In this document: positions 1-12,700 of the stretch, piece by piece | How the letters are laid out: each line of letters starts with the position of its first letter | Numbering within the stretch: position 1 is the first letter of the stretch | Assembly (NCBI GenBank): GCA_016748015.1 | Contig: JAAOMT010000776.1 | Span: forward strand, 366,305 to 430,304 | Source of the DNA: Geosiphon pyriformis uo1 | Lineage: Eukaryota > Fungi > Glomeromycota | Reading direction: 5' to 3' | DNA: 64,000 nt | Notes under the pieces: model-generated | What the model saw: only the letters and a program-made list of their open reading frames with translations | Databases searched by the model: none | Told to the model about the DNA's origin: nothing | Translations under genes and position numbers: made by a program

Positions 1-702
1 TCTCTGACCCAGTTAAAGTTGAAAAAGTTCAAAACATTAGACAACCAATAAATGTTTCTAAACTATGCTCTTTTCTTGGTTTGGCTTTTTACTATCATAA
101 ATTTATTAAGAATTTCTTTAAAATCATCTTTTCTTTCAATCAACTACTCAGGAAAAATGTCAATTATTACTAAAACACTTATTAACAAAAAGCTTTTGAA
201 ATTCTGAAGGAAAAACTTGTTATTGAACCAATTCTCAAGCAACTTGATTTGGACCAACCTTTTATTCTCTACACTGATACATCTGACTATAGACTTGGTA
301 CTATTTTTTCACAAAAAAATGAAAATGGCAGAAAACATATTATAGCATATGCCAATAGATCCCTCACACCAGCAGAAAAAAACTATTCAGTTACTAAACA
401 AGAATGTTTAGCAGTAGTTTGGGCTACTAGTTACTGGGATCAATATTTTTTTGGTGTGAAATTTCTAGTAGTAACAGATCATCAAGTCTTGGTTTGGCTG
501 CATAATAAAAAGAAGCTAGAACACAAACAAATAACTTATTAGATACTTCACTTGGATAAATTTAATTATGATATTCAACACTACAAAGAAACAAATCATC
601 AAAACACTAATGCTCTCTTTAGACTTACTATCTAGTGATAATACAACTTTTCAAACCAAACCAACCTAATTATTAGTAACTTTTTCACAAACAAACATGA
701 TA

Positions 703-2015
703 ATGGACTTGGACAACTATTCTGCCTTAATGAAATTTTTGGGTAAAGGACAATATTCACTAGAATATACTCAACAACAAAGAGAACATTTGTGCAAACA
801 ATCAAATTTCTATTTGATTCACCAGAACCAGCTATATAAAAGAAATAGAAAAGATTCTAATCATTCTTAGAGAATTATCAGATTTGAAGAAAGAGAAATT
901 GTAATATACAACATGTATACTAATCCATTAGCTGGACACTTTGGAAAAACAAAAACAATTCAAAAAATTTTAGCTTGTTATTATTGGCTTACCTTAAGAA
1001 AAGATATTGCTGAATACATCAAAATCTGTAATATCTGCCAAAAAAGAGGCAAACCAAATTACAAAGAAGATATTCATTCAATCTCTGTTAGTCAACTATT
1101 TGACCAAATTGGTATAGATGTTGTTAGACCATTAATAATAACTCTTAATAGCAATAAATATATTATTACAGCTACCAACTATTTTACAAAATAAGTAGAA
1201 ACAAGAGCCACTTCAAACCAAACAGCAGTATCAATAGCCAATTTTATTTATGAAGATATTATCTGTTATTATGGGTGCCCCAAAAAACTTTTATTTGGTA
1301 GAGAAAAAGCTTTTCTCAGTACACTGGTTAAAGAACTTTGTAGAAAAATGGGAATATGTTATAAACTTTCTTCTTCTTATTACTCTCAAACAAATGGCTT
1401 AGTAGAACATCTTAATAGAACACTATGTAAAACCCTGGCCAAAACCAGTGAAAAAACAAATTTATGAGACAAAATACTGCCTTTAGCCTTGTTTGCTTAT
1501 AGAACTGTAAATCATGACATAACAAGTTATGAACTTTTTTATCTGTTTTATGAATGCATAGCAACACTACTAATAGAAATTGACATTGAAACAATACTTT
1601 TTGAAGAAATTACAATAAAAAATTACAAAAACATTTTGCAAAGAAAACTTGGTACCATTCTTGACTTCTTGGTAGAAACACAAATAATTGCTTTTAAAAA
1701 AATAAAACAGTTCTAAGAAAAGCTTAAGAAAAAAAAAATCTATAAAATACTTTCTTTAAGTATTAGTGACTTGATATTGGAATATCATTCTGACAGAGAC
1801 AATGTCTATAATAATAAATTCTCTAGCCAATAGAAAAAACTCTTTATAGTCAACAAAGTTTTGAACAATGGTTCTTATATTCTTTAAGATAATTCTGGAA
1901 CAATCTTCAATAATTGTCTTGTTCATGGTACACAACTAAAAAAATATCATAAACGACCTGATTAATTGCCTATTGTGGTAATACTAATTCAAATAATCAG
2001 CAAAAATCAAGTATA
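703..2015 (+). pseudogene. Family A integrase as a separate ORF (ATG 703)
   Basis: Starts MDLDNYSALM after the RNase H stop at 633-638; ORF fragments 913-1194 and 1489-1716; C-terminal GPF-type region. Confidence 0.85.
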
Positions 2016-2057
2016 AATAAATGTATTATTTTCAAAACAGAGATATTTTTAATCAAT

Positions 2058-2703
2058 ATGAACAATTATTTTCTGGATCAAAACATTTAAAATGTTTTCT
2101 ATACTCTCCATAAGTATTGGATTAAAAACTACCCAAATATTACTCTGACTATTGGAAAACAGATCATCATAACTAATAACAGTGGAACATATATTGTTAT
2201 TAGACCCAAGAAAACCACTACCAGAAGAGAAAAAATTGGTAGCAAAATGGATAAATATCTGTTAAAAAGTATAACAACAGCTATACTCCTATCTTCTAGT
2301 ACAATTGGAAAAACAATCTAAGAAATCTTGCCCATAGACAAAAATTTGTCATATAGAAGACAACTAAAACTCTATGGTTGCCTTGGAAAAATCATAGAGG
2401 ATATAAAACTTATGAAGAAAACAACTTCAGAGATACAGGCAGAAATTTTGGTTAGATGTTCCAAGAGTTTTAACTATTGCTAAAAAAGCCAAAACTCTAA
2501 TACAAAGATTTGGTCTCTTGGATACAAAACTCATTTTGTCTCAAGTGTTATATATCCTATTCACAAAAAACTTCAACAAACTAGTTAGCTTTGAGTTAGA
2601 TAAAACCCTTCAAATAGATTACACCATAAATAGCTTGATTTTGCAGAAGTTCAATCTCTTTAGAAAGGATAATATTATAATTGAAACTTATACTTCTTAT
2701 TAA
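2058..2703 (+). pseudogene. Family A accessory ORF-X (unknown function)
   Basis: Homologous to the intact copy at 53803-54459; ends inside the LTR (ETYTSY*). Confidence 0.8.
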
Positions 2704-3410
2704 TTATTACATGTATTAGCCACTAATGTCATATAAATTAGCCACTCTATTTTTAGAAAGTGATCATTGACCTGATCAATGACCTGACCATTAACCTGAT
2801 TATTGACTTAATTATTGACTTAATTATTAACTTGATCAATGACCTAATCATTAACCTAATTATTGACTTGATTATTGACTACTTTTGATAACTATATAAG
2901 TGTTGAATTTCTTAGCTGTAGAAAAGTATGTAGAAATTAAGGAAATCAAATAAATAAAATAACAACTTTCATCTTAATTATTTTCTTATTGCTAATTTCT
3001 CTTTCTCTATCTTTGAATATTTAAACATCTTGGGATAAAAAATTACTTGTTGGTTATTCTTACCTTTTTCCTAAAACATATAATTGCAACATTTGAAAAT
3101 TATTGAATAAAACGTGACTGAAGAGTACATCTAATATCTAATATTGAATTCTAAGAGTGCTAACATGAGGCATAGAATTATACCAGTGTGTGTTCATTTG
3201 TTGATAGTATAGACTATCTCTTTATCTTCAGATTCCTGGTTATCTTTAGAAAAGTACAATAACTGAGATATTTTATGAGACTAATCTTGCACATTGAATT
3301 CATACTCATTTAATTCACTCTTTGAAATTGAATTCTCTTTGATTTCTTTCATTACCCTACAATCTTGTTCTCCCTTGCTATCTGTTAGCTTGTTACTCTA
3401 ACTCATAACA
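2673..3410 (+). repeat. Family A 3' LTR
   Basis: T(A/G)TTAT...CATAACA termini; purine-rich PPT immediately upstream; matches other A LTRs. Confidence 0.92.
2761..2900 (+). promoter_or_regulatory. U3 12-bp tandem array (TGACCTGATCAT)n followed by TATA box (TATATAA ~2893)
   Basis: About 10 degenerate units directly upstream of ctatataag; same layout in all A LTRs that include U3. Confidence 0.6.
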
Positions 3411-4762
3411 ACATCAAAATTGTTCTTGGCATTTTTGGTGTTATTACTTTTATTAAGTTAAAGCCTGCTGGTTTATGGCAATATGCTGTGGTTTATTTCA
3501 AAGACACTTCTTCTGTCATTGCTGCTTTTATTCACTGGTCTGTGCTGGTTAAGAAAGACAATGTTAGGATTTTCTTTGTTATTAACCAAAATGATGTTAT
3601 TTTTTCAAAAAATATCTTTAAAGCTAAGTTGGTTAATCTTCCCTTTGGCTGTACTGTCTTTGAGATAAGTGATTTGGTCTTCCAAGTTGGTGGCTGTACA
3701 TGTTTCATTTTTCGCTCCTCCAAATCTTACCAACATCAATGCTTTGCTGTAGTTATCTTTGATTCCTTGGAATTTCTAAATATTGCTGTGTCAAAAACTG
3801 ATATCTTGTATAGTTGCTGCATTTGGTGGAAAACTCCTGGATGTTGCTGTGCTACAGGTATTAAAACTTGAATCATTTGGCTGTGGACTGCAAGGTATCA
3901 CCTTCTCTTTCACCCAAATTTTCTTTCAATTTTTCTGGTGGTTCTTAAGTTTTCAAACCTTCATTTGCTGGATCTAAATTTTATGCCAAAGCTGCTGCCT
4001 TTATGGTTTCTCCTATTGTTGCTACTACTGATATGGACTTGAATCTTAGTGGTTCCTCCAAAACTACAACTCTCATGTTGCCTGCTGTCTCTTCTGCTTC
4101 CAATTTTGCTGTTAAATTTAGGTTGGCTTTTTTGAAATCCCACTTTAGTAAACTGTCTGTATTGATAAAATTCTTGGTTAAATCTGTTGGTGCTTTGGTT
4201 GTATTGGTTACTAAATTGCTGTCTATTCCAACTGTCATGGATGTGTTAGTTAAAAAATATGTGGCTGGGTTGGCTAAGCAAAATAAAAACTTGGCTGCTA
4301 TTGCTTTCATAATGCAAAAAAGAATAACACGTCTTGAAAAAAAATATGAATAAATCTGCTTGAAGGATGGATCAAATAATAATAACATAGTTAATAATAA
4401 TAATAATAATGATAATGATAAAGATTTTTCAGTCTATGATAACACTTTTGATGTTATGATGCACCTATAAAAAGATTAGTCTTCCAGAATCAAATCCAGT
4501 TCTAATCAGACTGCTAAGTAAATAAGTGGTATGGTTAAGAATAGTCATAAGCTTGTTAGCATTATAAGTAAGATGTATGAATTAGATATATTTAATACAT
4601 TAGATAGCAAAAGTAGTACTAGTGTATAGTTAGGGCTTTTTACTTGTGGTTAGCCACATCTTGTGATTTGTATTATTGGGTGAGCTGACTTTATAAAAGC
4701 ACCACATTATTGTGAACATAACTAATAAATGACCAGTGTGGCTACACATTAACAAAAAAAAA
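3411..4762 (+). mobile_element. Family C ORF1-only non-LTR element, 3' part with poly(A)
   Basis: ORF fragments 3488-3871 and 4003-4353 match the ORF at 39902-42172; ends ...ggctacacattaac(A)9. Confidence 0.85.
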
Positions 4763-5298
4763 TTTAAAGGTAGAGGAATAGTTTATACTGTTAACAAATA
4801 ATTACACATTGGTATAATTTTATGGCTTATGTCAGCACTTTTAGAATTCAATATCAGGTATTAGATGTACTTTTCAGTTATGTTTTATTCAATAATCTTC
4901 AAATGCTACAATTACACATTTTAGGAAAAGGTAGGAAATAACCAACAAGTAATCTTTTATCCCAAGATGTTTAAATACTTGAAGATAGAAAAAAAGAAAT
5001 TAGTAATAAGAAGAAAATTGAGATGAAAGTTGTTATTTTATTTATTTAATTTCTTTGATTTCTGATATGCATTTCTACAGCTAAGAAATTTATTGCTTAT
5101 ATAGCTATTAAAAGTAGTCAATGATCAAGTCAACAACTAGGTCAATGATTAAGTCAATAATCAGGTCAATAATCAGGTCAATGATCAAGTCAATAATTAA
5201 GTTAATAATTACTATCTAAAAATAAGGTGGCTAATTATATGACATTAGTGGCTAATACATATGATAACTAATAAAAAGTATGGGTTTCAACCATAACA
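4763..5298 (-). repeat. Family A LTR fragment interrupted by the C element
   Basis: Reverse-complement LTR with 12-bp array, ending gtttcaaccataaca; flank atat. Confidence 0.88.
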
Positions 5299-7395
5299 AT
5301 ATGATTAATACTGTTGTTGAGCATGCAAAAAAATTTGTTAATGAGACTTGGTTTACATTTCAGGACATAAAAAAGACATATAACTCAGTGGAATAGAAAC
5401 TAATGAAAGCTGCACTAAAAATTTTTTTTTTGTTAATGTGTAATCATGCTGGTCTTTTATTAGTTTTGCCACACTCAAAAGCATGGCTTTTTCATAAAGC
5501 CAACTTATCCAATAATCTAAATTATAAGATGTGGCTAACCACTAAGTAGTTATGTCTAACTACACGTTAGTATAACCAAAAAACCTAAAAAGTATCACAC
5601 AATTACTTAAAATACCTCTACTATCCAAAACATTAGTCAATATTTTATTACAACATTAAAATTCATCACTTATTTTAATATTGGAATTACTATTACCAAT
5701 ATCACTATTCCTTGATATTTTGTATATGCTGGTCACTTATGATGAGTTTTTCTTAACCCTGTTATCAATACTCATCAATTTTTCCCACTTAGTTTGTAAC
5801 TTACAATGTTTTTTCCATAATCTATTTCTTACTTGAGTTATTGCCTATTTACACATCTTAATTAAGATATTATTATTAATTCTCTAATCAATGTTAGCAA
5901 AAGCATTGATTCTTTCAAATTGCTTATTGATCAGTCCTTTGCATAGCAGATTTATGTTGGGTGTTAACCTAATATACTCATTAGACAAAACAACCCTCTT
6001 ACCAAAGTCCAAGATTTTATGTTTCCCTTTCACAGTTTTTGATAAGCATTGCATCCACTTATTCCTTATATTATCTATTAGTGTCTTGCCCTTTTGAATA
6101 TTCAGAAAACATTCTCAAAAGTGTTGGTTGGTTTCTACTTCTGTGTGGCATACTTTACACAAGTTGTTCATATACATTAAAAGACATCTGTTGTATAGCA
6201 CCTTCACTATTGGCAGCATATTGTGAAATGATTTCATGATAAATGTATACATTACAGAAGAACCAGCTAAGATGAATCTTAATAACATTTTACCATTCTA
6301 GTTCCACACTCTGGTTGTGCACTTCCAGTCTATCCTCTGGTCCAAAGACCCTACTGTTTTTTGTATTTTGTCATTGTCAATTCAATTCAAGACTCCTTGA
6401 ATTCCAGTTTGTTGGTTTAGAAAATGTCTAATGTTCAGATTGAATTCAACACCTTTATAAGAGAAAATATAACTGATATTCTTAGCATTGTAGGCCCACC
6501 TCACTGTGTCAAAAGCAGTAGCTTCTTTGGCTAGTTTGTTAGCCATCTCATTTTCAAATATATCAGTCTGTATAGCCACTTTGTTTATGTTAAGATCAAT
6601 TTCTTTTTCCCCTATTACTGCTTTAATTGCATTTCATATGTACCAGTTAAAAGTTTTGAGCTAATTCTTAATAGACAAGGGAAAATCTTTGAACAATCAT
6701 TTTTGAGCTGTTGACACTACTGCCTGACTATTTGTGTTCAATGTCAGTTTGCATTTGTAAGATACTGCTTCCAAAGCCAATAATACAGCTTTTGCTTTAG
6801 TTTTTGTTGATAATAATGTTCCATCAACTGCTATACCAAAGTTGGCCTCTATTTCATGTGTCACAAAAGCGGCTGCTCCTTTAGTATCCTCAGTACCAGC
6901 TTTTACCAATAAGCCATCTGTTGATATTTTTATTTCCTTTTTGAGTCTCAACTTATCTTACACATTTTTTTATTGTGGTAATAAAACATCAGAAATTTGA
7001 ATATAAATAGAGTCTCTTTGCATTATATCTAAATCATTTGGTATTTGGTTATCTATTTTGAGCTGCACTAAAAAAAATTTAGATAAACAATAAATTTACT
7101 AAGCTATTTGGCTTAATACACAACAATAAAAGCAATAAAATTATAACTGGATTTGGTTTAAGTAATAAATATTAAGTACAAAATGGACTAGATCAGAGGG
7201 AAACAAGCCTACTTATCATGTAAAAGATTTTCTATAACCTCTTATTGTGTAAAATAAAACAAACCAATTATAGTCAAGGATATAATTTAATAGCTGAATG
7301 GAAGAAATAGGACAACTAAACAAACATGCAATCCTTATTGGTATTAGTAAACTACCTTGTTTTTGTAGATGATACAGTATAGATAGCTAACTCAA
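5299..7395 (+). pseudogene. LINE family L RT fragment (5299-5421 and 7061-7395), split by an antisense LINE copy
   Basis: VINTVVEHA..WFTFQDIKK and YLVFVDDT match the RT at ~21050-21900. Confidence 0.8.
5422..7060 (-). mobile_element. 5'-truncated LINE family L (RNase H, C-terminal Cys region, 3' UTR, poly(A))
   Basis: Poly(T) at 5422; RNase H ISTDG..AVLLALEAV..NSQ; 14-bp TSD agctgcactaaaaa at 5408-5421 and 7061-7074. Confidence 0.92.
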
Positions 7396-8293
7396 GCTTT
7401 GTTTGCTTATAAAACTGTTAATTATGACTAAACAAGTTATGAATCTTTTTATCTGCTTTATGAACACATAATAACACTACCAATAGAAATTAACATTGAA
7501 ACAATACCTTTTAAAGAAATCACAATAGAAAATTATAAAGACATTTTGCAAAGAAGACTTGATATTATTCTTAACTCCTTGGTAAAAGCATGAATAATTG
7601 CTTTTGAAAAGATAAAACAGTTCTAAGAAAAGCTTAAGAAGAAGAAAACCTATAAAACACTTTCTTTAAGTGTTGGTAACTTGGTATTGGAATATCATTC
7701 AGATAGAAACAATGTCTATGGTAATAAATTTTCTAGCTGGTGGAAAGAATTCTTTTTAGTCAACAAAGTTTTGAACAATAGTTCTTATATTCTTCAAGAT
7801 CAATCTGAAACAATCTTCAATGATTGTCTTGTTTATGATACACAACTCAAAAAATATCATAAATGATCTGATTAGTTGTCTGTTGTGATAATACTGACTC
7901 AAATGATCAGCAAAAATCAAGTATAAATAAATGTATCATTCCCAAAACAGAAGTATTTTCAATTAACATGAACATTCAAAATGTCTTCTATACTTTTCAT
8001 AAATATTGGATTAAAAACTATCCAAATACTACTCTGACCATTGGAAAACAAACTACCATAATTGATAACTGTAGAACACATACTATTATTAGACTCAAGA
8101 AAACCACTACCAAAAAAGAAAAAATTGGTAGCAAAATGGATAAATATCTGTTAGAAAGTATAACAGCAGCTATACTTTCATCTTTCAACACAATTGAAAA
8201 AACAATCCAAAAATTTTTGTTTATAGACAAAAACTTGTTCTATGAAAGACAATTAAAACTCTATGATTACCTTGGTGAAATCATAAAAGATAT
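7396..8293 (+). pseudogene. Family A integrase C-terminus and ORF-X N-half (continues at 35546-35605)
   Basis: ORFs 7681-7866 and 7968-8306; the sequence resumes after TSD atat at 35546. Confidence 0.85.
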
Positions 8294-8702
8294 TGTTATG
8301 GATTAGAGTAACAAGCTAACAAATAGCAAGGGAGAACAAGATTGTAAGGTGATGAAAGAAATCAAAGGGAATTCAACTTCAAAGAGTGAATTGAATAAGT
8401 ATGAATTTAATATGCAAGATCAGTCTCATAAAATATCTCAGTTATTGTACTTTTCTAAAGATAACCAGAAATCTGAAGGTAAAGGAATAGTTCATACTGT
8501 CAACAAATGATTACACACTGGTATAATTCTATGCCTTATGTTAGTACTCTTAGAATTCAATATTAAGTATCAGATGTACTCTTCAGTCATGTTTATTCAA
8601 TAATTTTCAAATGTTGCAATTACACATTTCAGAAAAAAGATAAAAAATAACCAACAAGTAATCTTTTATCCCAAGATGTTTTTTTTTTTTTCTTGTTAAT
8701 AT

Positions 8703-9690
8703 TGTTACCAGTAGGATTTTAGCTATTAATTAGCATAAAATTACCCTTATAATTTCTATAATTAATTAGTATAATAATATCATTCAAATTATTATTTATT
8801 ATTTCATCAATTATCACATATTACGATTTAATTAAATAATCTAATTAGTATAACAAAAAGTAGAATGATCAAATTACACAATACCCTGAACTTTGTAACA
8901 TTCAAAAATTTGCCGAAATTTACAAAAATTTGCCGAAATTTGCCGAAATTTGCCGAAATCATGAATAGTTCACCCAAATTAATCAATAGTTCAGCAAAAT
9001 AACTTGTAGTCCATCAAAATATATCTTTAGTTTGCCGAAATTTGAGCAAAAAGAAAAAGTGCAAGTTCATAGACTAGTACTACAACAAGTTGTATAAAAA
9101 AAGAGCTTTTCTCTTCAAGAAAATGTATCTTACTTTAGATTTATCACTTAGAACCATTTCTACACACACAAAAAGAAATAAATATTAAATAATTCAAAAA
9201 ACCAAATTTTTTAAATTATTGCACTTAGAAAATCCCCAAAACCCAACTAACATTTTGAAATTGATTAGCTACCAATTTTAGTAAACCATTAGTGACTCCA
9301 GGCCTGGATAGAAAACATTCTCTTGATAAAATCCTATTTCTTTTACATTTTTTTATTTTTCTTTTCTTTTCTTATTATAATCATTAAGGTAGCCTACAGA
9401 CAAGATTTCTGTAGAAGAGTTGACTTTCACAACAAAGTAACTACACATTTTTAGTGAGCTTCTAGATGAGCAATTTCTGGAAAAAAGTTGATGTTTACTA
9501 CAATGTAACTATACAAAATAACTGGTACAGAATTGGCCATTCCACTCATAAGCCCAGCAGTTCAAATTATAGGAGATAATTTGAAGATAAATTCAGTTAT
9601 TGGAGGTTCAACTACTTCTAGAAAACGTGAATTTGCAACCAACAGACATTTACAACATTCAAGAAAAGAGACCAAAAACCTCTGGTAACA
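8703..9690 (+). repeat. Family B 5' LTR
   Basis: Direct repeat of 17617-18606; 10-bp AAATTTGCCG array at ~8906-8959; TATA-like tgtataaaa at ~9091. Confidence 0.95.
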
Positions 9691-9735
9691 TTTGGTGTTC
9701 TCTTACAGAAACAACACAGCAAAAACAACTTCAAA

Positions 9736-12700
9736 GTGGTGACCACACTAGACACAACAACTCTAAAGTATTACCAGTCAATTTACACCCACTGCAAGCA
9801 AAGATTCAACATCTCAGACGGAATTGAAGTTATCAAGAAATCAGTATACTAATATATTGAAAATCACATCAACAATTATCTTTTTAGAAATTACAACATC
9901 TCAGAAGTTAGAAGCAACCTTTACAATAATTTAGTGCACTATTCACAGTTGGAAACTGAAGACCTTAACAGTGAAACACTTGCCACTTACTTTCAAAAAC
10001 TTAATTTTAACATTATCAAGTACTGTGAAGAAACATATTCAGTGCAGTCTCAATACTCTATTGATTTTGAATCAGAAACAGAAACAAGCAACAAAGGCAA
10101 ACAAAAATTGAAGCAATACTCAAGAACCACTCCAAATACTCCAATACTACCAAAAACAACTGCCAAACATTTGCAAACACCTGAACAAAAAACCAGTGTT
10201 AAATTACCACTTTCTATTACACCATTTCCAATTTCATTTGTTCAACTACAAACACCAAGTTCACTACTTAAATGTTTCTCCAGACCAGAAGATTACCAGT
10301 TACCTAGAAATCCTACTCAACAGCAGAAACCAATATCAACAAGTGCCAATATCATTAATTACTTACAAGAAAACAAAAGTAATTATTCAGAGAGTCTGGA
10401 AAGTAAAGAAACTGAATCAAAACAAAAAAAAACTACAGAAAATGAAGAAAAAATGGCAACTGCTTACATTGCAAAAATTCCAGAATTTATTGATGAAAAT
10501 AATAATACCAGTCCTCAAAAATGGCTTGACAAAGTTCAAAAAGCAGAAGATGCAAATGGTTGGATTGCAGTAAGAATGCTTAAAGCAATTCCCTACTTTC
10601 TCCAAGAAACAGCAAGAGAATGATTTGAAAATTTAGAAAAATCATTTGAAAACTGGCAAGCATTTAAATATGCTTTCTTACAACAATTTACTAACAATAA
10701 CATCTCTATTACTCTTTGCAATTGCTTTTACAATATCAAACAAGAAACATTTGAAACTGTTATGATTTATCTTAGAAGATTTAACAAACTTCTTTGACAG
10801 ATTTAACAATTGGAAACCAATGATTATTATTCTGATGCTCAGATTCTGGACCAGTTTATAGCAGGGTTAAAAGACAAACTGATTAAAAAAATCCGCCCAT
10901 ATGCTCCAGCAGACTTAGCAACTGCCATCAGACATGCAAAGAACTATGAAATGGCTATGAAAGAAGCAAACCACACCAAACTCGTCAACCTAGCTATTGG
11001 AGAAACCAGTTCAGCAGCTGAAAAGAAGATAAATCAACTCACAAATAAGGTTGAAAGCTACTTCACAAACTAACAACAACAGCAACAACAACCACAAAGA
11101 TATCAACTCCCACAATGATGCAACCAAAACAATTTTGGATCACCCTCCAACAACCAACCTCAAAATTGTCATTATTGTGGAATTCCAGGACACTGGAAAC
11201 AAGATTGTAGGAAATTACAAAGAGACCAACAAAATAGGAATAATCAACGTTACTCTTTACCACAACAATCTTATTACCAATCTTCACCACCAATCTATTA
11301 TTCACCAAGACCACAAAATCAAAACAGTTACTATCAACCAGTTCCACAACCAATGCAGCAACAATATCAGCAACCTTTACCAATTCAGCAATATCAGACA
11401 CCACCCACTTAACAATATCAAGTACCAGCAAAAAAATTGGTTCAACATAACCAATTCACACTCCAAAATCAATTGCAGAGTAACAACAACAGACTCAATC
11501 CAAATAACCAGTTGGTTCTCCGAAATTTTGGTCAGCAAAGACCCAATCACTATCACACCCAACCCAGTTATCTTACAATACCAGAGAAATCGGATTTTCA
11601 ACAAACTGCACTTTCTGAAGGTAAAGTTGCAACACCAAGATCAAACTCTTCCAACCACACCATTCTACTAGCTCAAATTGCCCAAAATGCCAATCTGTCA
11701 AATATATTTCCATTTGAATTTAAAGCAAATGAATCACCATTTCTGCTTAGTAATGCAGCAGTCAATGAACAGAAAGCAATTACTGCTATGTACACAGAAG
11801 CTACAGTAGAAGAAAAACCCATTTGCTTAATCTTAGATAATAGATTGGCTGGAAGTATCATCACTTACTAGCTGATACAACAACTCAAACAAAACATAGA
11901 CAGACCAGCTCAAACAGTTATTGTTACAGCTGATGGTATGAAGAAGACTCCAGTAAGAGAAATTGATGATTTCCTCTTTACAATTGATGGAATCACCATT
12001 CCAGTTAAAGTTCTTGTTATGGATGCATCCCAATACTAAACTCTAGTCGGAAATAATTGGCTTCTCAAGGCCAATGCAAACCTGAACTGGGAAACTCAAG
12101 AACTTAAAATCTCATATCAAGGACAATATATCATAGTACCTGCAACCTGTGGTATCTTTAACAAATGATCAGAAAAAGCTCCAGTATTTGAATTTGAAGA
12201 AGAAAAGAAAATACCATTTACTGAAACCTACATGGCTCTTGGATCACCATCCAATTGGGCTGAGGAAACAGAACAAGAGATTTTCAAAGAATCAAGAGGA
12301 TGGAAAAAAGTTAGATATTTCACACCAGAACCATGAAAAGAACCACCATATATTTCACTAAAATGCAAAAATTGCAAAAAGAAGCTTTCATCAATGGGAG
12401 CATGTATTTTTCCAGAAGAAAAATATGAAACTCGTATCTGTTACTTTTGCAAAGCATGCTATAGAGAACAATTTGGATCTCCAAAAAGAAGTGAAAAATG
12501 GAACAACACACCTTGCCTTACATATAGAGATATGTTACCAGAAGAATGCAACTGGATTGATATTGCAATGAAAGGAGAAGTATGTGATCAAACATGTCAA
12601 TATGCTTTATCAATTTCGGAAAAAGTCAGAAAAGGAACATCATTTGATGCAGCATACAACAGTGCTCTCAATAAACTTTACTACTACCCTTATGATGCTG

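Larger units (their letters stand above)
1..3410 (+). mobile_element. Ty3/Gypsy family A, 3' half (RNase H, integrase, ORF-X, 3' LTR), decayed
   Basis: RNase H motifs (YTDTS, IAYANR, KNYS..ECLAVVWA); integrase HHCC (GHFG..CNIC) and core (IGIDVV); LTR at 2673-3410; many in-frame stops. Confidence 0.95.

Noticed and set aside
2714-2745. TTAGCCAC motif shared by A LTRs and the LINE/C tail
   Set aside because: An 8-nt match with no flanking homology; chance cannot be excluded.
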